This document shows, piece by piece, positions 37,473-45,613 of a stretch of 64,000 nt of DNA. The first letter of the stretch is position 1. Each line of letters opens with the position of its first letter. This DNA comes from an uncultured Oscillibacter sp. (lineage in GTDB: Bacteria; Bacillota; Clostridia; Oscillospirales; Oscillospiraceae): assembly GCF_910579365.1 (NCBI RefSeq), contig NZ_CAJTUX010000005.1:4800-68799 (forward strand). Direction: 5' to 3'. Under the pieces are notes generated by a model. The model was not told the origin of the DNA. It searched no databases and saw only the letters and a list, made by a program, of their open reading frames with translations. The translations under genes were made by a program, and so were the position numbers.

Positions 37473-37913
37473 ATGAACTTCAAAGACAACTTCACGGCCC
37501 TGCGGAAACAGGCGGGCCTTTCCCAAAACGACATCGCGGAGAAGCTCTTCGTCACCCGCCAGGCGGTTTCCCGCTGGGAGCAGGGGGAAACCGTGCCGGA
37601 GATCGGGACCTTACAGGCCATTTCCAAGCTCTTCGGCGTAACCATCAACAGCCTTCTGGGCTACCCGACGGACCTGCAGTGCCAGAGCTGCGGCATGCCC
37701 ATCGTCTCCGGGGATATGGCCCGGGAGAAGGATGGAACGCTCAACCAGCACTACTGCAAATGGTGCCGGGACAACGGGGAGTTCCTCTCCGACTGCACCA
37801 TGGAGGAAATGATCGAGTGGTGCCTGCCCTACATGCCCTTCGGCACTCCAGAGGGCAACCGGGAATTTTTGGGAAGGCTCCTGCCCACCCTGGACCGCTG
37901 GAAAAGAAAATAA
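37473..37913 (+). CDS. XRE-family HTH regulator with C-terminal zinc-ribbon domain
   Basis: LSQNDIAEKLFVTRQAVSRWEQG; CQSCGMP and YCKWC. Confidence 0.9.
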   Translation: MNFKDNFTALRKQAGLSQNDIAEKLFVTRQAVSRWEQGETVPEIGTLQAISKLFGVTINSLLGYPTDLQCQSCGMPIVSGDMAREKDGTLNQHYCKWCRDNGEFLSDCTMEEMIEWCLPYMPFGTPEGNREFLGRLLPTLDRWKRK

Positions 37914-38055
37914 CAGGCGCCATAACCGGCGGAGCACCTTTGCAGGGCGCTCCGCCGCGCCTTGTTAAGGAGGTCTTCTTCAACCGCCCTCAGCGGGCGC
38001 ATTTCTTGTCAGTTCATAAATTTACTGGCTCGAAATCTGGAAGAAAAAGGTTTAA

Positions 38056-38123
38056 TATAAGGAAAAACGTTGACAGATTCCGGAAAATAGCTATTACCAA
38101 TTTTTGCCCAGGCATGCTATAAT
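38056..38123 (+). promoter_or_regulatory. Probable LysR-controlled promoter of transporter
   Basis: TGnTATAAT -10; upstream 44 bp match 40869-40912 at 29 positions without gaps. Confidence 0.65.
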
Positions 38124-38226
38124 TTTGTACAAGAGAGAGGGGGGCTCTCAGCGGAAAATTATGCAAACTATGCAATCAGCGGAAAGCAGGCGTATCTTCA
38201 AAGCGGCAAAGAAAAGGAGAAATGAA

Positions 38227-39657
38227 ATGGAACACAACCTAAACAAAAAGAGCAGCGCTCTGGCACTGATCCCCTTTCTGATTTTCGTCGTGATCTACCT
38301 GGGCGCCGGCCTGATTCTCCAGGCCCAGGGCGTCGAGATGGCGTTCTACCAGTTCCCTTCCGTCACCGCCATGTTCATTGCCCTGCTGGTGGCTTTCGCC
38401 ATTACCAAAGGCACTCTTGACGAGCGCTTCGCCATCTTCGCCCGGGGCGCGGCCAACATTGACGTGCTGACCATGCTGATGATTTACCTGCTGGCGGGCG
38501 CTTTCTCCAGCGTAGCCACTTCCATGGGCGGGCGGGACGCCACCGTCAACTTGGGCCTCTCCCTGGTCCCCGTCCAGTTCCTGGCTGCCGGCGTGTTCAT
38601 CATCTCCGCCTTCATGGGCACCGCCACCGGCACCTCCATGGGCACCATCGGCGCCATCGTTCCCATCGCCGTGGGCGTGGCGGACAAGGGCGGGCTGTCC
38701 ATCCCCCTGCTGGTGGGCGCCTGCGTGGGCGGCGCCATGTTCGGCGACAACCTGTCCATGATCTCTGACACCACCATCGCCGCCACCCGTTCCCAGGGCT
38801 GCGAGATGCGGGACAAGTTCCGGGTGAATTTCTTCATCGCCCTGCCCGCCGCTCTCATTACCCTGGTGGTCCTGCTGATTGTGGGCCGTCCCGAGGTCAT
38901 TGCCCCTATGGATGACCTGAGCTACAGCATCATCAAGGTCGTGCCCTATCTGCTGGTTCTGATCTTGGCCCTCATCGGCATGAACGTGTTCCTGGTCCTG
39001 ACCATCGGCATTTTTGTCGCCGGTATCGTGGGCATTGCCACCGGCTCCCTGGATTTGTTCGGCTTCGCCCAGGCCATCTGGAACGGCTTTACCGGCATGA
39101 ACGAGGTATTCTTCCTGACCCTGTTCTGCGGCGGCATGGGAGAAATGGTCACCCACAACGGCGGTATCAACTGGCTCATCAACAGCCTCCGGGGCATGAT
39201 GAAGGGCAACAAGTCCGCCCAGGTGGGCATTGCCGCCCTGGTCTCTCTGGCCGACTGTGCAACTGCCAACAATACCGTGGCCATCGTCCTCAGCGGAAAC
39301 ATGGCCAAGGAAATCAGCCACGAGTATAAGGTGGACCCCCGGCGGACCGCCTCTTTACTGGACGTGTTCTCCTGCGTCTTCCAAGGCATCATCCCCTACG
39401 GCGCACAGCTGCTGTCCGCCGCTGCGTTGACCACTGCCTGCGGCATCGCCATCAATCCCACGGATATCGTTCTCAACCTGTGGTACTGCTGGATACTGGC
39501 CATCGTGGGCATTGCCTCCATCTTCCTTCCCTTCGCCGACGGCATTTGCAAGGAGGACCCCTGGAACTGGGAGTATGACACCGCCGAGTCCGGCGTGGCC
39601 GCCAAGAAGGCCCTGCTGGCGGCGGAGAAGGCCATTGAAAAAGAGCACACCACCTGA
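38227..39657 (+). CDS. NhaC/Na+-H+ antiporter-family transporter, probable methionine uptake
   Basis: GTSMGT, GAMFGDNLSMISDTTIAATR, TANNT, IPYGAQ; multiple TMs; adjacent to methionine gamma-lyase. Confidence 0.85.
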   Translation: MEHNLNKKSSALALIPFLIFVVIYLGAGLILQAQGVEMAFYQFPSVTAMFIALLVAFAITKGTLDERFAIFARGAANIDVLTMLMIYLLAGAFSSVATSMGGRDATVNLGLSLVPVQFLAAGVFIISAFMGTATGTSMGTIGAIVPIAVGVADKGGLSIPLLVGACVGGAMFGDNLSMISDTTIAATRSQGCEMRDKFRVNFFIALPAALITLVVLLIVGRPEVIAPMDDLSYSIIKVVPYLLVLILALIGMNVFLVLTIGIFVAGIVGIATGSLDLFGFAQAIWNGFTGMNEVFFLTLFCGGMGEMVTHNGGINWLINSLRGMMKGNKSAQVGIAALVSLADCATANNTVAIVLSGNMAKEISHEYKVDPRRTASLLDVFSCVFQGIIPYGAQLLSAAALTTACGIAINPTDIVLNLWYCWILAIVGIASIFLPFADGICKEDPWNWEYDTAESGVAAKKALLAAEKAIEKEHTT

Positions 39658-39665
39658 CAAAGCCC

Positions 39666-39697
39666 AAAAGCGCGCCGGTACTCCGGCGCGCTTTTTT
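39666..39697. terminator. Bidirectional terminator
   Basis: AAAAGCGCGCCGG-TACT-CCGGCGCGCTTTT. Confidence 0.8.
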
Positions 39698-39752
39698 CCA
39701 GAGACGTCCCCCCGGAACCGGCAAAGCGTCCCCGGCAGGGCGGAAACGGCGC

Positions 39753-40715
39753 TCAGCGGTCCCAGCGGCTGAGCTGCCGGGCCTCGCTCGTAAACTGGAT
39801 GGACTCCAGAATATGCACCTTCAGCAGCTCCAAAAACCGCTCCGCCTGGGCGGAGAGCTTGCCGCCCTTCAGGGCAATCCAGCCGATGCGGATGCCGCTC
39901 TTCTCCGCCAGGGGCAGGGTAATGATCTTCCGGTAGCCGCTGCTCTTTGTAATCAGTCCGCTGCCGGTAGTAAATCCATCCGTATAGGACAGGACCCGCA
40001 GCATGGTGCTGCGGCTGTTCACCCGAATCTGCCGGGCGGGTTTTTTCAAGGACAGCATCCGGTACTCCTCGGAGAAGTCCACCGCCACGCCCTGCTCCCG
40101 CTCAAAGGACACATAGGGATAGCCCGCCAGGTCTGTCTCCGTCACCGCTTCCTGCTCCGCCAGGGGGTGGCCCCGGCGGACGTAAACGCAGGGGTCCACC
40201 ACCGCAATCTCATGGAACACCAGCGCCCGGGAATCCAGAAAGCGGAAAATCATCTTTTCCGTCAGCTCCGTCAGGCAGATGACGCCGATGTCCGCCCGGT
40301 GGTCATACACGTCGTCGATGACCGCGTCCATGTCCACCTCCCGGACAGAGAACTGATAGCGGTTCACCTTGGGGGACTGGAGAAGCTCGATAAACGCGTC
40401 CTCCGTGAAGGGATAGCGCTGGGAGGAGATGGAGAGATGCGTGGCCGGGGCGGCGTTCCGCGCCTCGCCGTAGCGGGTTTCAATCCACTGCTTCTGCTCC
40501 AGCAGGGATACGGCGTAGCCCAGGAACTCCCGTCCGTCCGGCGTGAACTCCACTCCCCGGTTGCTGCGGACAAAAAACTGAATGCCCAGCTCTTCCTCCA
40601 ACTCCCGTATGGCAGTGGATATGCCGGACTGAGAAAGGAACAGCTTGCCTGCCGCTTTGTTGATGGAACCGCACTTGGAAATCTCCACCACATAGGTCAG
40701 CTGCTGAAAGGTCAT
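39753..40715 (-). CDS. LysR-family transcriptional regulator
   Basis: MTFQQLTY..GSINKAAGKLFLSQSGISTAIRELEEELG; divergent from megL. Confidence 0.93.
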   Translation of the reverse strand: MTFQQLTYVVEISKCGSINKAAGKLFLSQSGISTAIRELEEELGIQFFVRSNRGVEFTPDGREFLGYAVSLLEQKQWIETRYGEARNAAPATHLSISSQRYPFTEDAFIELLQSPKVNRYQFSVREVDMDAVIDDVYDHRADIGVICLTELTEKMIFRFLDSRALVFHEIAVVDPCVYVRRGHPLAEQEAVTETDLAGYPYVSFEREQGVAVDFSEEYRMLSLKKPARQIRVNSRSTMLRVLSYTDGFTTGSGLITKSSGYRKIITLPLAEKSGIRIGWIALKGGKLSAQAERFLELLKVHILESIQFTSEARQLSRWDR

Positions 40716-40868
40716 AACGCCTCCATGCTCTTCCCCGCTCCCGCGGGAACGGGGACGGCCGCTTCTGTCTCCGGCGCGCGGCACGCCGTGTTTTCCCGAA
40801 ATCCAGAGTTTCTCCACTGTGAGCCCTTACCTGCATTATAAAGCGGCTCTGCGGAATTGTCAAATTGT

Positions 40869-40936
40869 TATCACTTAAAACGCTAACAAATTCTCAAAAA
40901 CTGATACTAACACCCCCGTGGGAAAAATGGTATGAT
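40869..40936 (+). promoter_or_regulatory. Probable LysR-controlled promoter of megL
   Basis: TGnTATGAT -10; TATCA...TGATA elements; same architecture as 38056-38123. Confidence 0.65.
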
Positions 40937-41158
40937 TCTTAGTAGAATTAGTAGAAGTTGAAAAAAACCGAGGTTTCGCTCTTCGGTTTATGGTCAACTT
41001 TACCGAAATCCCGCTGTATAACCGTCTCTCCACACAATCTCACAGGTCCGCCTGTCTCTGCCCGGAAAAAGCTCTTTATAGCAGAAAAACCGAATTCCAA
41101 CTTTTCCCGGTCAAAATCAGCATTAGGCGGCGCAAAAAAGAAAGGAAGGTAAACAACT

Positions 41159-42352
41159 ATGAACTGCAAAAACAAGGGCTTTGCCACCCGCCAGATTCAC
41201 ACCGGCAAGGTCGGGAACGCCGCCGGTTCCCTCTGCGCCCCGATTTACCAGACTTCCACTTTCGAGTTTGAGTCTGTGGAGCAGGGCGGCGCCCGCTTTG
41301 CCGGGAAGGAAGAGGGCTATATCTACAGCCGCCTGGGCAACCCCACCACCGCTCTGGTGGAGGCCAAGATGGCAGACCTGGAAGGCGGCGAGGACGCCCT
41401 GGCCGCCGCCTCCGGCATGGGCGCCATTGCCACCGCGCTGTGGAGCTCCGTGTCCGCCGGCGACGAAATCGTAGCGGACGAAACCCTGTACGGCTGCACC
41501 TACTCCCTGTTGGAGCACGGCATGGCCCAGTTCGGCGTCAAGGTCACCCTCACCGATCTCAGCGATATGGAGAATCTGAAAAAAGCCCTGACCGAGAAGA
41601 CCAAAGTGGTCTATTTCGAGACGCCCTGCAATCCCACCCTGAAGATTCTGGACATCGCCCTGATCGCCAAAACCGCTCATGACTTCAACTCCGATATCCG
41701 GGTGATTGTGGACAACACCTTCTGCACCCCCTATCTCCAGCGTCCTCTGGAGCACGGCGCCAACACCGTCGTTCACAGCGCCACCAAGTACTTAAACGGC
41801 CATGGCGACGTGATCGCCGGCGTCATCGTCGGCGACAAGGAGTTTGTGACCAAGTGCCGCATGTTTGGTCTGAAGGACCTGACCGGCGCGGTGCTGAGTC
41901 CTTTTGATGCGTTCCTGATGGCCCGTGGCTTGAAGACCCTGGACATCCGCATGGAGCGCCACTGCGCCAACGCCAAAAAGGTGGCCGAGTTCTTTGAGTC
42001 GCATCCCGCCGTTTCCAAGGTCTACTATCCGGGCCTGGAGCATTTTGAGGGCTACGAGACCGCCAAGAAGCAGATGCGGCTGCCCGGCGGCATGATCTCC
42101 CTGGAGCTGAAAGCCGACAAGGCCGCCACCGCCGCCGCTTTGAACAAGTTGGAGCTGTGCACCGTGGCCGTCTCCCTGGGCGACGCCGAAACTCTGGTGG
42201 AGCACCCCGCCACCATGACGCACTCCACCTACTCCGCCGAGGAACTGAAAGCCGCCGGTATCTCGGAGGGGCTGGTCCGCGTCAGCGTGGGTCTGGAGGA
42301 CCCGGAGGACATTATCGCCGATTTCAAAGCCGTTCTGGACCCCTTGGCGTAA
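41159..42352 (+). CDS. megL: Methionine gamma-lyase
   Basis: YIYSRLGNPT, SGMGAI, LYGCT (MGL-typical Cys), DNTF, HSATKYLNGHGD, AVSLGD, HPATMTH. Confidence 0.92.
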   Translation: MNCKNKGFATRQIHTGKVGNAAGSLCAPIYQTSTFEFESVEQGGARFAGKEEGYIYSRLGNPTTALVEAKMADLEGGEDALAAASGMGAIATALWSSVSAGDEIVADETLYGCTYSLLEHGMAQFGVKVTLTDLSDMENLKKALTEKTKVVYFETPCNPTLKILDIALIAKTAHDFNSDIRVIVDNTFCTPYLQRPLEHGANTVVHSATKYLNGHGDVIAGVIVGDKEFVTKCRMFGLKDLTGAVLSPFDAFLMARGLKTLDIRMERHCANAKKVAEFFESHPAVSKVYYPGLEHFEGYETAKKQMRLPGGMISLELKADKAATAAALNKLELCTVAVSLGDAETLVEHPATMTHSTYSAEELKAAGISEGLVRVSVGLEDPEDIIADFKAVLDPLA

Positions 42353-42367
42353 TTTTCTTATCGTTCA

Positions 42368-42410
42368 GCGGCGGGCAGATCTTTACTGCCCGCCGCGTTT
42401 CTGGTACAAT
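42368..42410 (+). terminator. Terminator hairpin overlapping a downstream promoter
   Basis: GCGGCGGGCAG-7nt-CTGCCCGCCGC-GTTTCT; TTTACT-17-TACAAT at 42382-42410. Confidence 0.65.
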
Positions 42411-42478
42411 CAATCCGGAAAGGCGGCGGCAGTCCGGCCCCGTCTTCGACGCAGTGAAATGAAAGGAGAACGCAGTAC

Positions 42479-43057
42479 ATGAAAGACATCGTAGAAATCC
42501 GCTGGCACGGCCGGGGAGGCCAGGGCGCGAAGACCGCGTCTTTGCTGCTGGCGGACGCCGCCTTCAATACAGGCAAGTATGTCCAGGGCTTCCCGGAGTA
42601 CGGCCCGGAGCGCATGGGCGCGCCCATCACCGCGTACAACCGCATCAGCTCGGAACGCTCCACCGTCCACTCCAACATCTATGAGCCCGACTACGTCGTG
42701 GTCGTTGACGAGACCCTCATCTCCGCCGTGGACGTGACGGCGGGTCTCAAGAAAGAGGGCGCCATTGTCATCAATTCCGGCAAGAAGCCCGAGGAGCTCC
42801 GCCCCCTGCTCAAGGGCTATGAGGGCCGGGTGTGCACCATCGACGCCGGCAAGATCAGCGAAGAAGAGCTGGGCAAGAATTTCCCCAACACCCCCATGCT
42901 GGCCGCCATTGTGAAGGTCAGCAGCGTGGTGGACGCAGAGGAGTTCGTCAAGGACATGGAGGCGTCCTTTAAGCACAAGTTTGCCTCCAAGCCCCAGGTC
43001 ATCGAGGGCAACATGCGGGCCCTGAAACGCTCTATGGAGGAGGTACAGGAAGGATGA
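42479..43057 (+). CDS. 2-oxoacid:ferredoxin oxidoreductase gamma subunit
   Basis: EIRWHGRGGQGAKT, FPEYGPERMGAP. Confidence 0.93.
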   Translation: MKDIVEIRWHGRGGQGAKTASLLLADAAFNTGKYVQGFPEYGPERMGAPITAYNRISSERSTVHSNIYEPDYVVVVDETLISAVDVTAGLKKEGAIVINSGKKPEELRPLLKGYEGRVCTIDAGKISEEELGKNFPNTPMLAAIVKVSSVVDAEEFVKDMEASFKHKFASKPQVIEGNMRALKRSMEEVQEG

Positions 43058-43362
43058 GCCATTTAGCGAAGGATATGACCCCTCAAGTCACCTGGAAGGA
43101 CATCACTCCCGGCGGCGCCATCTTCGAGGGCGGCACGTCTGAGGTTGTCGAAACCGGCGACTGGCGGACCATGAAGCCGATGCTGGACATGGACAAGTGC
43201 AGGCAGTGCCTGCTGTGCGCTCCCGTGTGCCCGGATATGTCCATCCCGGTTAACAGCGAAGGCAAGCGGGAGGACTTCAACTACTTCTTCTGCAAGGGCT
43301 GCGGCATCTGCGCCAATGTCTGCCCCTTCGGGGCCATCACTATGGTCAAGGACGAGAAGTAA
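43054..43362 (+). CDS. 2-oxoacid:ferredoxin oxidoreductase delta subunit (2x[4Fe-4S])
   Basis: TGDWRT; CRQCLLCAPVCP and CKGCGICANVCP. Confidence 0.93.
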   Translation: MSHLAKDMTPQVTWKDITPGGAIFEGGTSEVVETGDWRTMKPMLDMDKCRQCLLCAPVCPDMSIPVNSEGKREDFNYFFCKGCGICANVCPFGAITMVKDEK

Positions 43363-43378
43363 GGAGGGGTAACGAAAA

Positions 43379-44557
43379 ATGAGTATCAGAGAAAGACTGT
43401 CCGGCAACGAGGCCGTTGCCTACGCAATGAAGCAGATCAACCCCGACGTGATGGGTGCTTACCCGATCACGCCGAGCACCGAAATCCCCCAGTACTTCTC
43501 CGCCTACGTGGACAACGGCGAGGTCGACACGGACTTCATCGCTGTGGAGTCCGAGCACTCCGCCATGTCCACCTGCATCGGCGCGGAAGCCGCCGGATGC
43601 CGGGCCATTTCCGCGACTTCTTCCTGCGGCCTCATCTACATGGCCGAGATGCTGTATGTCGCGGCCAGCGACCGCCTGCCCATCACCCTGGCGGTGTCCT
43701 GCCGCGCCCTGTCCGGCCCCATCAACATCAATAACGACCACTCCGACGCCATGGCGGTCCGGGATTCCGGCTGGCTGATGCTGTTTGCCGAGACAAACCA
43801 GGAGGCTTACGACAACTACCTCCAGGCCATGCGCATCGGCGAGGCGGTGTCCCTGCCTATCATGATCTGCCAGGACGGCTTCATCACCTCCCACGCCATC
43901 GAGAACATCGAGCTGGAGGAGACGGAGAAGGTCCGTCAGTTCGTGGGCGAGTACAAGCCCCAGCACTACCTCCTCAACAAGGACGAGCCCATCGCCGTGG
44001 GTCCCTACTCCACCCCCGTCTACTACATGGAGACCAAACGCCAGCAGGCCCAGGCCATGATGGACGCCAAGGATGTCATCAAGAAGGTCGCGGACGAATT
44101 CGCCGCCTGGACGGGCCGTCAGTACGGCCTCATTGAGAAGTACGAGATGGACGACGCCGAGGAGGCCATTATTATCATCGGCTCCTCCGCCGGCACCGCC
44201 CGGGAGGCCATCAAGCAGCTCCGGGCCCAGGGCAAGAAGGTGGGCATGATTAAGATTCGCTCCTTCCGCCCCTTCCCCGCCGAGGAGATTGCGGACGCGC
44301 TGAAGAACGTGAAGGCCTTCGCCGCCATGGACAAGGACGACAGCTTCAACGCCCACTGCGGCCCCATCTTCGCGGAGACCTGTGCGGGGCTGTATGCCAA
44401 CGGCGTCAGCGGCCCCAAGGGCATCAGCTACATCTACGGCCTGGGCGGCCGGGACGTGCGGGTGGAGAGCATCCAGCACGTGTTCGCGGACCTGGAGAAG
44501 ATTGCCGAGACCGGCGAGGTGGGCGAGACCTACCGTTACCTGGACGTGCGCGAGTAA
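43379..44557 (+). CDS. 2-oxoacid:ferredoxin oxidoreductase alpha subunit
   Basis: GNEAVA, YPITPST, ESEHSA, DGFITSH, GLGGRD. Confidence 0.94.
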   Translation: MSIRERLSGNEAVAYAMKQINPDVMGAYPITPSTEIPQYFSAYVDNGEVDTDFIAVESEHSAMSTCIGAEAAGCRAISATSSCGLIYMAEMLYVAASDRLPITLAVSCRALSGPININNDHSDAMAVRDSGWLMLFAETNQEAYDNYLQAMRIGEAVSLPIMICQDGFITSHAIENIELEETEKVRQFVGEYKPQHYLLNKDEPIAVGPYSTPVYYMETKRQQAQAMMDAKDVIKKVADEFAAWTGRQYGLIEKYEMDDAEEAIIIIGSSAGTAREAIKQLRAQGKKVGMIKIRSFRPFPAEEIADALKNVKAFAAMDKDDSFNAHCGPIFAETCAGLYANGVSGPKGISYIYGLGGRDVRVESIQHVFADLEKIAETGEVGETYRYLDVRE

Positions 44558-44573
44558 GGAGGGAGGAGTCAAA

Positions 44574-45506
44574 ATGGCCTATAATCTGAAAGAAAACGTC
44601 ATGAAGGAAGACCGCTTCACCGGCGGTCACAGAATGTGCGCGGGCTGCGGCTGCCCCATCGCCGTGCGGACCGTGCTGCGGGCCCTGGAGCCGGAGGACC
44701 ACGCCGTGGTCTGCTCCGCCACCTGCTGCCTGGAGGTCTCCTCCTTCATGTACCCCTACACGTCCTACAAGGACAGCTTCATCCACAACGCCTTCGAGAA
44801 CGCGGCGGCCACCTTAAGCGGCGTGGAAACCGCTTACCACGCCATGAAAAAGCGGGGCAAGATCGACGCGACGTACAAATTCATCGCCTTCGGCGGAGAC
44901 GGCGGAACCTATGATATCGGCTTCCAGAGCCTCAGCGGCGCCATGGAGCGGGGCCACGACCTGGTGTACGTCTGCTACGACAATGAGGCCTACATGAACA
45001 CGGGCATCCAGCGGTCCAGCTCCACGCCCCACTTCGCCGACACCACCACCACGCCGGTGGGCAAGGTGGTTCCCGGCAAGCCCCAGCAGAAGAAGAATCT
45101 GACCAAGATCATGGTGGCCCACGGCATCCCCTATGTGGCCCAGACCACCTTCATCGGGAACTTCAAGGACATCGCCGAGAAGTCCCACAAGGCCATCTAC
45201 ACCCCTGGCGCGGCGTTTTTGAATGTTATGGCTCCCTGCCCGAGAGGCTGGCGGTATCCCTCTGAGAAGCTGATGGAGATCACCAAGCTGGCCGTCGAAA
45301 CCTGCGTGTGGCCCCTCTATGAGGTCATCGAGGGCAAGTACATCCTCAGCTACAAACCCAAGAACAAGCTGCCCGTGGAGGAATACCTCAAGGTGCAGGG
45401 CCGCTTTGCCCACATGTTCAAGCCGGGCAACGAGTGGATGGTCGAGGAGGTTCAAAAGGAAGTCGACCGCAACTGGGAAGGCCTCCTCAAGCTCTGCGAA
45501 CTGTAA
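44574..45506 (+). CDS. 2-oxoacid:ferredoxin oxidoreductase beta subunit (TPP-binding)
   Basis: CAGCG, GGDGGTYDIG, DNEAYMNTGIQRS, PCPRGW. Confidence 0.94.
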   Translation: MAYNLKENVMKEDRFTGGHRMCAGCGCPIAVRTVLRALEPEDHAVVCSATCCLEVSSFMYPYTSYKDSFIHNAFENAAATLSGVETAYHAMKKRGKIDATYKFIAFGGDGGTYDIGFQSLSGAMERGHDLVYVCYDNEAYMNTGIQRSSSTPHFADTTTTPVGKVVPGKPQQKKNLTKIMVAHGIPYVAQTTFIGNFKDIAEKSHKAIYTPGAAFLNVMAPCPRGWRYPSEKLMEITKLAVETCVWPLYEVIEGKYILSYKPKNKLPVEEYLKVQGRFAHMFKPGNEWMVEEVQKEVDRNWEGLLKLCEL

Positions 45507-45540
45507 AGCGTAATCTTACCATCTCCATACACTCTCCAAA

Positions 45541-45581
45541 GTCAGAGGAGGCCGCCATAAGACGGCCTCCTCTGACCCTTT
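45541..45581. terminator. Terminator between convergent operons
   Basis: GTCAGAGGAGGCCG-7nt-CGGCCTCCTCTGAC. Confidence 0.8.
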
Positions 45582-45613
45582 AGGGAACCATTTTCCAGCT
45601 TCAAAACCGGCGG

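Noticed and set aside
37914..38226. SAM riboswitch or T-box ahead of the putative methionine transporter
   Set aside because: No ATC.AGAG/GCAACC aptamer core or T-box sequence; the leader is about 95 nt.
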